This document shows, in pieces, positions 48,593-57,343 of a stretch of 64,000 nt of DNA. Each line of letters opens with the position of its first letter. Position 1 is the first letter of the stretch. Source of the stretch: an uncultured delta proteobacterium. Lineage in GTDB: Bacteria > Desulfobacterota > Binatia > Binatales > Binataceae. The stretch is taken from NCBI GenBank assembly GCA_963842085.1, contig CAWJET010000002.1, forward strand, positions 832,001 through 896,000. The letters are read 5' to 3'. Under the pieces are notes generated by a model. It saw only the letters and a program-made list of their open reading frames with translations. It was not told the DNA's origin and made no database searches. The position numbers were made by a program, and so were the translations under genes.

Positions 48593-48684
48593 CTGACAAT
48601 ACCAAGTCCGCGGAAGAATAGTCGGCCATCATCCGCGTCGTTTCCTGCCACAACATTGTGAATCGTGCGGAGACCACTGCGCTA

Positions 48685-48700
48685 TTGTACCAAAGTACAA
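48685..48700. promoter_or_regulatory. Palindromic regulator box 6 (TTGTACCAAAGTACAA), between divergent genes
   Basis: Identical 24-mer to box 3; GAATCT at 48724 (+) and CACAAT at 48655-48660 (-). Confidence 0.8.
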
Positions 48701-48878
48701 TATCGCTCCCCGGAAAAATCGACGAATCTTTCGCGAGAACTCGCGAGATAAAAGCGCCGACTCGTCATCGCGGGCATCGAGTTGTTCGGACACGCTGGAG
48801 CCTGGTGCCGATAGCCGGAAACAGCGGTGCGCGCGATTCAAGAAGCAGCATCGAGAAGAAGCAACTCGAGGAGAAAAA

Positions 48879-50243
48879 ATGAATCTCAACCCTGGAAACA
48901 TGAAGCACGCGACCGGTTTGGTGTCCGTTCTGCTCGCAGGACTTTTGCTGGCCGGTTGCTCCCAAACCGCGCCGCCCGAACCAACCCAGACCGCACAGGC
49001 ACCGAGCCAACAGGCAGCGCCGCCTCCGCAGATGACTAGTGTCCAGCCGCCTCAAGCCGCCGCACCGGGAGGCCAGTACGAGGCACCGCCCGTCATAAAC
49101 GTGGCCGACCTTATGCCGGCGAGTGCGCTGTCGGGGCCGGGATTTTCGGTTCAGCCGCAAGTACCGACTAACGGCGCGATGGGCCAATACACGATCGTCG
49201 CCGACGCCAGCGTATTTCGCGGCGACGCCGGCACCTACTACATCGAAAGCCTCGACATGTTGAATATACGCCTCTCCGAGATACCCGCGATCGCACAGTT
49301 GGAGAACATAAGTGAGACTGGCGTGTTCGCCAAGGCCCTGGCCTCGAGCGCAGAACGTCCGGTTACGGATGCCGCAAATATGGTTATCCATCCGATGGAT
49401 ACTGTCACGGGGCTGCCCAGCGGAGTCGGGGAATTTTTCGGCCGGGTCAGTCTCGGCGCTGGAGAAATAGCTTCGTCGGCCACCAGTTCCTTCGGCAGCG
49501 GGCAAGCCGCCGGTGAGACGGCCAACGCCACGCTCACGGCTTTGGGCTATGAGCAGGTCCGTCGCGACCTGGCAAAAAAGTTACACGTCGATCCCTATTC
49601 TTCCGATCCTATTCTCACGAAGAAGCTGAATCATGTCGCCTGGGTCATGTTCTCCGCGCGCATGACGGTCGACGCGGCCATGATGGCGGTGCCCGGCTCC
49701 ATGATCATTACGAGCGTGGAGTTCACCGACGATCTGGTTTATCAGACTCCGAAAGCAGACCTTATCCTTCTAGTTCAGAAGAAGCTTAAGAACATAGGAC
49801 TCTCGCAGGAAGAGATCGCCGCCTTCACCAGTAATACCGCGATCCCGTTGAGCCTACAGGTTACCGCGGTCAAAAATCTCGAAGCTCTCGGCGACATTCC
49901 GGGGCGTCACGCGGCTGCGGTCGCGCTCGGCAACGTGATGACGGAGTACCAGGCGCGTTTCCTCGTTACTTCGCTGCACATGCTCGGTCAATGGAGCCAG
50001 CAGAGGAGTCCTATCACCCGAATCCAGGTCGCCGGCGCTCTGATCGCGCGCGATCAGAACGGCACCGCGATTATGGCCGCCGCGGTCGATTACCTGTCGT
50101 GGACGTCGCGGATTGCCGGTTTTGCGACCGATCCACAGTTGATGGCCGTGCCGAATCGCGTTCTTTGGATCACCGGCAAAATGACGCCGCTGGCGCGCCA
50201 GCAACTGGCGGCTAATGGCTGGTCGGTGCGCGAGGGCGAGTAA
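48879..50243 (+). CDS. Hypothetical lipoprotein
   Basis: GAGGAG RBS; lipobox LAGC; P/Q-rich linker; LHVDPYSSDPIL. Confidence 0.8.
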   Translation: MNLNPGNMKHATGLVSVLLAGLLLAGCSQTAPPEPTQTAQAPSQQAAPPPQMTSVQPPQAAAPGGQYEAPPVINVADLMPASALSGPGFSVQPQVPTNGAMGQYTIVADASVFRGDAGTYYIESLDMLNIRLSEIPAIAQLENISETGVFAKALASSAERPVTDAANMVIHPMDTVTGLPSGVGEFFGRVSLGAGEIASSATSSFGSGQAAGETANATLTALGYEQVRRDLAKKLHVDPYSSDPILTKKLNHVAWVMFSARMTVDAAMMAVPGSMIITSVEFTDDLVYQTPKADLILLVQKKLKNIGLSQEEIAAFTSNTAIPLSLQVTAVKNLEALGDIPGRHAAAVALGNVMTEYQARFLVTSLHMLGQWSQQRSPITRIQVAGALIARDQNGTAIMAAAVDYLSWTSRIAGFATDPQLMAVPNRVLWITGKMTPLARQQLAANGWSVREGE

Positions 50244-50420
50244 TCACAGCAGCGCGCAGCCCTTACAATCGAGGAGAAAATGGAGCGATGCGAACGCGAT
50301 GGACTACTGGGCGTTTAATGGATCAGCGCCTGGCATCGTGTGGCATTCAACCGTGAGCGCGGCAGCGGCCTCCAATTAATTAAGAAGAGACCAAAGAGCC
50401 AATACAAGAGGAACATTCTT

Positions 50421-52067
50421 ATGCCTGATTGGAAAAGTAGATATTTCGCGCTCGCGCTCTTAATCGGCGCAATCATCGGCTTGGCGGCCGCACACACGGC
50501 CTGGGCTCAGGACAAGAAGCCCAACATCCTCGTCATCATGGGTGATGATGTCGGTTGGTTTAACATTGGCGCTTATAACCGCGGGATCATGGCGGGCAAG
50601 ACACCTAATATCGACAAGATCGCGGAAAAAGGCATGTTGTTCACCGACTACTATGCCGAGCCGAGCTGTACGGCGGGACGAGCAAATTTTATCACCGGCG
50701 AATTGCCAATCCGAACAGGGCTCACGACCGTTGGACAAGCCGGAGCCAAGGTGGGAATGCCCGATCAAGCGCCGACGATTGCTACCGCACTCAAAGCGAT
50801 GGGCTACGAGACTGGTCAGTTCGGCAAGAACCATCTAGGCGACCTGAACGAGTATCTGCCGTGCGTTCATGGCTTCGACGAGTACTTCGGATATCTCTAC
50901 CATCTGGACGCGATGGAAGATCCGTTCTGGCACTCCTATCCGCCCGCGTTGATTAACACCGTCGGGCCGCGAAACATCGTGCAATGCACGGCGACCGAGA
51001 CCGACGACACAACCGTACAGCCGCGGTGGGGCAAGATCGGCAAGCAACAAATCGTGGATGAAGGCCCTCTGCCGCCGCGGCCGATGCCCGGCATCAAGTA
51101 CAGCATGCCAGGCTTCGATGAAGTCGTCCGCGACCGCACCATCGACTTTATCGACAAGGCGCACAAAGACGGCAAGCCATTTTTCGTCTGGTGGAACCCG
51201 ACGCGGGTTCATGTTTATACGCACCTCTCCGAGAAGTACCAGAAGATGATGACGCCGGAGAACAGTTGGTACCTGGAAGAAGCCGCGATGGCGCAGTTCG
51301 ACGATGTAATCGGCGACGTGATGAAGCACCTCGAGGAGCAAGGCCTGGCTGACAACACCATCGTGGTCGTGACCGCCGACAATGGCGCAGAGAATTTCAG
51401 CTGGCCCGATGGCGGACAGACTCCGTTCGCAGGTGGTAAGGGGCAGATCCTGGAAGGCGGGATGCGCGTGCCGGCGATAATCAGTTGGCCGGGAAAGGTG
51501 CCCGCCGGCAAAGTCGAGAATGGCATCATCTCGGGCCTGGATTGGTTTCCGACGCTGGTGGCGGCCGCGGGTAATCCGGATATCGTCGGCGAACTCAAGC
51601 AGGGCAAACAACTCGGTGACCGGACGTACAAGGTGCATCTCGACGGCTACAACCAGATGAACCTGATCACGGGCAAGGGTCCGTCGAACCGGCACGAGAT
51701 TCTCTATTTCGCCGAGGGAACATTGGGCGCGATACGCATCGACGACTTCAAATACCGCTTCATCGATCAGCCGAACGGCTGGTTTGGCGGAACAGTCAAG
51801 GTCGATTGGCCGATCATTACCGATCTACGCCTGGATCCCTTCGAGCGTACCGGTTGGCCGACCGGAACTAATGGCGCGTTTCCTTATCCATTTGAATTCT
51901 TCGGCCACGAGTTCTGGCGCTTCACTTATGTTCAGAAGCTTGTCGGGGAGTATGCGCAGACGTTCATCCAGTTTCCGCCGATGCAGCGTGGGGCCAGCTT
52001 CAACATCGAAGAGGTAAAGAAGGAAGTACAGCACGCGATCGAAACGCAGAGCCGCCTCGGTCAGTGA
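50421..52067 (+). CDS. Arylsulfatase (Cys-type, CxAxR)
   Basis: KPNILVIMGDD, SCTAGRANFITG, FGKNHLGD, DNG, EGGMRVP; Sec-type signal peptide. Confidence 0.93.
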   Translation: MPDWKSRYFALALLIGAIIGLAAAHTAWAQDKKPNILVIMGDDVGWFNIGAYNRGIMAGKTPNIDKIAEKGMLFTDYYAEPSCTAGRANFITGELPIRTGLTTVGQAGAKVGMPDQAPTIATALKAMGYETGQFGKNHLGDLNEYLPCVHGFDEYFGYLYHLDAMEDPFWHSYPPALINTVGPRNIVQCTATETDDTTVQPRWGKIGKQQIVDEGPLPPRPMPGIKYSMPGFDEVVRDRTIDFIDKAHKDGKPFFVWWNPTRVHVYTHLSEKYQKMMTPENSWYLEEAAMAQFDDVIGDVMKHLEEQGLADNTIVVVTADNGAENFSWPDGGQTPFAGGKGQILEGGMRVPAIISWPGKVPAGKVENGIISGLDWFPTLVAAAGNPDIVGELKQGKQLGDRTYKVHLDGYNQMNLITGKGPSNRHEILYFAEGTLGAIRIDDFKYRFIDQPNGWFGGTVKVDWPIITDLRLDPFERTGWPTGTNGAFPYPFEFFGHEFWRFTYVQKLVGEYAQTFIQFPPMQRGASFNIEEVKKEVQHAIETQSRLGQ

Positions 52068-52114
52068 AATCGCGGCCCGCAGATAAGGGTATCAGTTGTC
52101 TAAATCGAGGATCG

Positions 52115-52681
52115 ATGAAGTACAGAAAATCAGTAGCACTATTGGCTTTACTGCTCATTTCGGGATGCGTGCCACAACAGCAATACAACCAGGAAGTCCA
52201 ACAGGTGCAGCACCTATCCTACATGGACAACACCTATAAACAACTAAATCAGAATCTTCAGACCGAGGTGAACGCCGACCAGGTGCAGATCAAGCAGCTC
52301 CAGAACCGTCTCCAGGTGACGATGGTCAACGCCATCCTGTTCCCGGAAGGCGGATGGGAACTCAGCCAGAACGGAAGGCAGGAGCTGGGCAAAATCGTGC
52401 CGACCCTGGAAGGTGTTACCGGCAAACAGATTGTGATCGAAGGCTATACCGACAACGAGCCCATCCTGGCGCCACTGGCTACCCGTTTCCCGAACAACTG
52501 GTATCTTTCGGCCGCCCGCGCGATCTCGGTCGTAAGCTATCTGGAGAAGCAAGGGCTTGATCCTAACCAACTGTCGGCGGTGGCCTTCGGCAAGTATCAC
52601 CCGATAGCCTCGAATGACACCCCCGCGGGTCGCGCTCAGAATCGCCGCATCAACATCGTAATTCAGGACGAGACGCCGTAA
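52115..52681 (+). CDS. OmpA/MotB-family peptidoglycan-binding lipoprotein
   Basis: Lipobox ISGC; EGYTDN, NWYLSAARA, GRAQNRRINI. Confidence 0.88.
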   Translation: MKYRKSVALLALLLISGCVPQQQYNQEVQQVQHLSYMDNTYKQLNQNLQTEVNADQVQIKQLQNRLQVTMVNAILFPEGGWELSQNGRQELGKIVPTLEGVTGKQIVIEGYTDNEPILAPLATRFPNNWYLSAARAISVVSYLEKQGLDPNQLSAVAFGKYHPIASNDTPAGRAQNRRINIVIQDETP

Positions 52682-52708
52682 GAGAGAGGAACGGGGAAAG
52701 GAATCCTA

Positions 52709-53470
52709 ATGCGAACAATTTTAACTGCAACGCTCGGCCTCCTGTTGCTTGCTTCGGGATCGGTCTGCGCCCAGGGCGTCGTGCTACCCCTGCCGCCTCA
52801 AGATCAGCAGAAGATAACCGCTCAACTCGGGCCTGGCGTTGTAGGTATCGCACTACCCAGCAAGCCAATCACCGATCCCGCCGCATTCTTTCCACTCCAA
52901 GCCAAGGCCATGACCTACCAGGTCATGGCCGGCCCGAACGCTGGCAATACGCAATCGCTGGGTCTGGCGAAGACGCGGCGCCCGGTTGGGAGGTCGGCGT
53001 GGCGTTTTCAGCTTTCGCCGTCGCTCGCCGGGTTCCTTCGTCAGACCGCGGAAGGCGACATCATCATGCCCGCTGTGAGCGACGCGGGTGAAGGTGTGGT
53101 GGTCGTCACCACGCCGGCAAATCCATTCGTGCCAAAAGGGATGCAGCCCGGGGAGACGCGGACGTACTTCCAACAAGTCTCGGTGAACTATCTCGACGAT
53201 CCATCGGACCAGAGATATTCCGGCTCGGTCACCGGAACTTACACCTACGTCGGTACCTATCAGGTCACTGTACCCGCGGGCACGTTCCCGGCGGTGCTGT
53301 TCCGCGTCTATTGCGACGGCAAGGTCGGCCCAGCGCATACGGTGAACACCGGCTATAACTTTTTTGCGAGCGGCGTCGGCATGGTCGCAATGATTCTGCA
53401 GGAAGATGTGACAGCGTTCTGGCTCTTCAACATCGACAGCACAACTGGCAAGATACTGATGTCGAGATAA
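52709..53470 (+). CDS. Secreted hypothetical protein
   Basis: Signal peptide; beta-rich; VTVPAGTFPA motif. Confidence 0.75.
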   Translation: MRTILTATLGLLLLASGSVCAQGVVLPLPPQDQQKITAQLGPGVVGIALPSKPITDPAAFFPLQAKAMTYQVMAGPNAGNTQSLGLAKTRRPVGRSAWRFQLSPSLAGFLRQTAEGDIIMPAVSDAGEGVVVVTTPANPFVPKGMQPGETRTYFQQVSVNYLDDPSDQRYSGSVTGTYTYVGTYQVTVPAGTFPAVLFRVYCDGKVGPAHTVNTGYNFFASGVGMVAMILQEDVTAFWLFNIDSTTGKILMSR

Positions 53471-53508
53471 CTGTTGCGGGCCGGCACATTGGCTACAACC
53501 CGAATACG

Positions 53509-54843
53509 ATGACCTCACGAGTGCGGGATAATGGCGAACGGCTGGAGGTGATTGTGGGGACGGTGTCGCGCAAGGTTCATAAGGCCATCTCGCTTGCGAC
53601 AGTTATTTTGCTGGCATTTGTAACTTCCGCGTTCGGTGCCGTGCTGGAGCTGTATCCAACTGATTTAGGCACGGCACATGCCGGACAAGCGGCTTTGGCG
53701 GAGAATGCCTCGACCGCAGCCTCCAATCCAGCTGGGATGACTCTACTCGACCGTTCACAATTGATGACCGCTCCCGGCGCCCTCCTCCCCTCGACCAACT
53801 TCGACGTTGCCCCGGAAACTACCACCAAGGGCGGTGGCGGCGGCAACGCTGGCGTGTTTTTCCCGTATGGAGGGTTTTTCTACGTCCGCAAGCTCTCCGA
53901 GCGCCTGCGCTTCGGGGTCGCGGTCTATTCTGATTACGGCCTTGGCGGCGACTACGGCAAAACGTGGGTTGGACGCTACTACGCAACCTCAGAGCAGCTC
54001 GTAACCGGCAAGATCAACCCATCGCTGGCCTACGAAGTAAACGACTGGTTCTCGGTGGGGGCGGGTTTCAGCTTTGGGGTCGGCCGTTTCACGTTTCAAT
54101 CGAAGGTTAATCAAACGAGGGCTAACCCCATACTGCCGCCCGTGCCCGATGGCGGCCTGGCGATGGAGTCATGGGATGCAGCGTTTGGCGCTAAGGTCGG
54201 CATTCTGCTCAGACCGATTTCCAAACTTCGCATCGGACTCACCTATCAGTCACCGGAAGATTATAAGTTCGGCTTCCGACCGCATGTCACGGGGCTCCGT
54301 CCGGTTCTCAACCTTCTTCGCCGGAGAATTGGCGGAGTAAAGGTCAATGTTCCTTTGACCGAGCCACAGCAAGTGATGTTGAGCGGCGTCTACGAAGTCC
54401 TGCCCAAGTGGAGTCTGCTGGCTGACGTCGGATGGCAGAACTGGTCGGCATTCGCAGAGTTCCCGGTCGGGATCTCTTCGCCCAAGCAAACGACGGTTGT
54501 CGACACCAACCTGCATTTCTCGGACACGTGTCATACTGCGATTGGGCAACAATTGCAGATCGGTGAAAAGTGGACGTGGTCGGCGGGATTTGCGTATGAC
54601 AGTTCGCCGGTTTCGAGAGCGAATCGTGTTGCCGTCCTGCCCGCAGATCGCCAGTTGCGATATGGCACGGGGCTCCAGTATGAGGTCAACAATGACATCG
54701 CAGCCGGCTTTGCGTGGACGGCGATGGACGCAGGGCCCGGTCCTTTCAGTAATAACCGTGGACCGCTCGCTGGAGTATTACAGGGCCACTTCTCGACAAA
54801 CTGGCTCAACTTCGTCGCGCTCAATATCATCTGGAAATTCTAG
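53509..54843 (+). CDS. FadL/OmpP1/TodX family outer-membrane transporter
   Basis: ENASTAASNPAGM (NPA motif), INPSLAYEVNDWFSVGAG, C-terminal Phe. Start codon uncertain. Confidence 0.88.
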   Translation: MTSRVRDNGERLEVIVGTVSRKVHKAISLATVILLAFVTSAFGAVLELYPTDLGTAHAGQAALAENASTAASNPAGMTLLDRSQLMTAPGALLPSTNFDVAPETTTKGGGGGNAGVFFPYGGFFYVRKLSERLRFGVAVYSDYGLGGDYGKTWVGRYYATSEQLVTGKINPSLAYEVNDWFSVGAGFSFGVGRFTFQSKVNQTRANPILPPVPDGGLAMESWDAAFGAKVGILLRPISKLRIGLTYQSPEDYKFGFRPHVTGLRPVLNLLRRRIGGVKVNVPLTEPQQVMLSGVYEVLPKWSLLADVGWQNWSAFAEFPVGISSPKQTTVVDTNLHFSDTCHTAIGQQLQIGEKWTWSAGFAYDSSPVSRANRVAVLPADRQLRYGTGLQYEVNNDIAAGFAWTAMDAGPGPFSNNRGPLAGVLQGHFSTNWLNFVALNIIWKF

Positions 54844-54969
54844 ACGTAACACGATTGCCACGAGCGTCGCCGCCAACTAGGATTCAACGCGCCGGAGTCG
54901 AAACGCAATGCGTTTGCGTCTCAACCGGGGCTCCACGACTTTGCCAAATTCATCGGAGTATGGTGATCC

Positions 54970-55854
54970 ATGGACAAGCACATAAGCAAGCATCCCGAAA
55001 CGCAGCATCTTGCCAACGATGTCGTTCATTACCGCGAATACAAAATTCTACTGCAGCCCGACCGGTTTACCAGCAAGAATGGTTTTCTCGAATTTTGGGA
55101 AACGGCGTCAAAAACTCTCAAGAAACTGGGCCTTAAGGTGGAAGTCGATAGCGACGCATTTAACAGCCAAGTTCGGGAAGTGCTCTTTTACGACACCCCG
55201 GAGTTTGACCTCTACAATCATCACTTCATTTTGCGGAAGCGGACTTTTTACGACCAGGGATGGCCCCGTCCCGGCCACGAGCTGACCTTCAAGTACCGCG
55301 ACCCGGAGCTCAAGTCCGCAGCGGCCGTAGACGTCCGTCCGCAATTGGGCGGACACGATGAGATAAAGTTCAAAGAGGAGTTGCTGCTCGAGCGCGACCG
55401 TCTTGGCGGGATGCGCAGCGTCTATTCCCACGGATGCGTCCTTACGTCGCCGAAGATTGAGCTCGATCGCGGTATCGAGGACATCGCCCGTGCCTTCCCA
55501 ACCCTCAAACGCATAGACATACGGCCGAGAACCAAAATGATGCTGGTCAACAACGTCGCGGTCGAGGAAGTGCAGAACACCATGGGCATCATCCACTTCG
55601 GCCACCACTTCAAGGGTAAGACCACCATCGCCATATGGCGGAGCCGGGCGCTGGAAAAATCGCTATCAGGCGAGTTCGCCTTTCAGTGCAAGTTCGATCG
55701 GTACGACGAGGTGAGCAAGGAGTCCCTTGAGCTCTCCGAAGAGTTCTACAAAAGAGTCCAGCTCAATTGCGCGGAATGGATCAAACTCGGCACCACGAAG
55801 ACCGCGATGGTGTACGGACTCGGCGATAGTCAGCAACTAAAGAACCGTGAATGA
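54970..55854 (+). CDS. CYTH-like (triphosphate tunnel) hypothetical protein
   Basis: N-terminal YREYK (ExExK-like), FYDTPEFDL, ILRKR, LTFKYR, FKEE. Confidence 0.6.
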   Translation: MDKHISKHPETQHLANDVVHYREYKILLQPDRFTSKNGFLEFWETASKTLKKLGLKVEVDSDAFNSQVREVLFYDTPEFDLYNHHFILRKRTFYDQGWPRPGHELTFKYRDPELKSAAAVDVRPQLGGHDEIKFKEELLLERDRLGGMRSVYSHGCVLTSPKIELDRGIEDIARAFPTLKRIDIRPRTKMMLVNNVAVEEVQNTMGIIHFGHHFKGKTTIAIWRSRALEKSLSGEFAFQCKFDRYDEVSKESLELSEEFYKRVQLNCAEWIKLGTTKTAMVYGLGDSQQLKNRE

Positions 55855-55855
55855 A

Positions 55856-55930
<75 letters not shown>

Positions 55931-56021
55931 TCTGAGGCGAGTCTAGGTACTGCCCTGCACACTGTCAATTGACTTCCCCGCAAGCTCGCGCCTGAGGAAC
56001 TTTGCGGGACGCGCTTCGCCA

Positions 56022-56681
56022 TTGACTTCGTTGCCGTCGATCAAGCAACTCTCCCTTATGGTCCTCCGCTTTTCGGCCGTCTCAGTGCTCGGGCGTCAAC
56101 GTATTTTTCATCGAACCGCTCTTTCGCTCATCATGGGATGCCTGGCTGTTGCGTCCGCCGGCTGCTTCCATTTCGGCGTCAAGCCGCTTCCCGCGAATCC
56201 CCCGACCCAGCAACAGTTGGAGGCTTACGCCGAACAGCAGACCGCGCTTCGAAGAGAGGCGAGCCATCCCAAGGCGGAAGCGGGGGAATATTGCGATCAA
56301 CTTGCCGCGGCCACGCCCGGTGTCGAAGAGCTTCGAATCAACCACGGCTCCGTCGAGAGCCGCCAATGGACGCTGATCGCCAATGGCTCTGCGCGGCGTT
56401 GGGTTTTCGTGAGACCCGTGGATGGTCCACCTGACGGCTGGGCGCCGAAGCCCGGCCTCGACAAGCTGAATTTCCAACCGTCGCTCGAGCCTGCGCTCAC
56501 GGCGGGATCCAGCGTCTTTCTCGCCTACGCTCCGATCGAGAGCCAGACCCTCGATGACAGCCAGAAATCTGCGACCGAGAGAGAGGTATTCGGTCCCGCG
56601 CAAGGCAATTTCACGTGGCGCGGACGGAAGTATAGCTACACTCTGACGCCCGAGTTGCCCTGCTTTCCCCGGCTTCAGTGA
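56022..56681 (+). CDS. Hypothetical lipoprotein
   Basis: Lipobox-like SAGC; start uncertain, possibly later. Confidence 0.6.
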   Translation: MTSLPSIKQLSLMVLRFSAVSVLGRQRIFHRTALSLIMGCLAVASAGCFHFGVKPLPANPPTQQQLEAYAEQQTALRREASHPKAEAGEYCDQLAAATPGVEELRINHGSVESRQWTLIANGSARRWVFVRPVDGPPDGWAPKPGLDKLNFQPSLEPALTAGSSVFLAYAPIESQTLDDSQKSATEREVFGPAQGNFTWRGRKYSYTLTPELPCFPRLQ

Positions 56682-56697
56682 ACGCCGGAATTTCCCG

Positions 56698-57318
56698 ATG
56701 CGGCGTTTTGCGATGGCTCAATCGATGAAGCTGACGCGTGAATTCTACGCCCGCCCCGTCCTGCTGGTGGCGCGCGAATGCATCGGTAAACTCCTCGTCC
56801 ATCGGACCGCCCAGGGCGTAGCCGCCGGCCGAATCGTAGAGGTCGAGGCGTATCGCGGCCCTCTCGACCTTGCCGCGCATAGCGCGCGCGGTCTGACCAG
56901 GCGAACCGCTGCCATGTTCGGGCCGCCGGGCTACGCATACGTGTACCTGCTCTACGGAATCAGTTGGGCCATGAACCTGGTAACTACCGCCGATGGCGAG
57001 CCGCACGCGGTGCTGATTAGAGCGCTCGAGCCGATACGAGGCATCGAATTGATGGCGCGGCGGCGGCGCAAGCCTCCGGATTCCCGTGAACTGACTAATG
57101 GCCCCGGCAAACTGACTAATGCACTGGCTATTACCGGCGCCGACTATGGACGCGATCTGTGCGGTGGGCGGCTCTACCTGGAACACTGCGATCTTCCGCT
57201 CGGACGAATCGGCCGGTCGCCAAGGATCAACGTCGATTACGCCGGCCGCTGGGCGTCGAAGAGATGGCGCTTCTACGAACGCGGCAACCGTTACGTGTCG
57301 GTAGTACCGCGCGATTAG
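56698..57318 (+). CDS. mpg: DNA-3-methyladenine glycosylase (MPG/AAG family)
   Basis: GRIVEVEAY, MFGPPGYAYVY, AVLIRALEP, NGPGKL, WRFY. Confidence 0.93.
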   Translation: MRRFAMAQSMKLTREFYARPVLLVARECIGKLLVHRTAQGVAAGRIVEVEAYRGPLDLAAHSARGLTRRTAAMFGPPGYAYVYLLYGISWAMNLVTTADGEPHAVLIRALEPIRGIELMARRRRKPPDSRELTNGPGKLTNALAITGADYGRDLCGGRLYLEHCDLPLGRIGRSPRINVDYAGRWASKRWRFYERGNRYVSVVPRD

Positions 57319-57343
57319 CGGGTCGGAGCATCGTGCACCCAAC

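Noticed and set aside
50387-50403. GAGACCAAAGAGCCAAT as a seventh regulon box
   Set aside because: The right arm needs an extra base and the symmetry is poor. At most a degenerate site.
52115-52681. Flagellar motor protein MotB
   Set aside because: It has a lipobox rather than the MotB TM helix with the conserved Asp, and no motA is adjacent.
10897-55854. Prophage, ICE or anti-phage defence island
   Set aside because: No integrase, relaxase, phage structural gene, nuclease or recognisable defence gene was seen.
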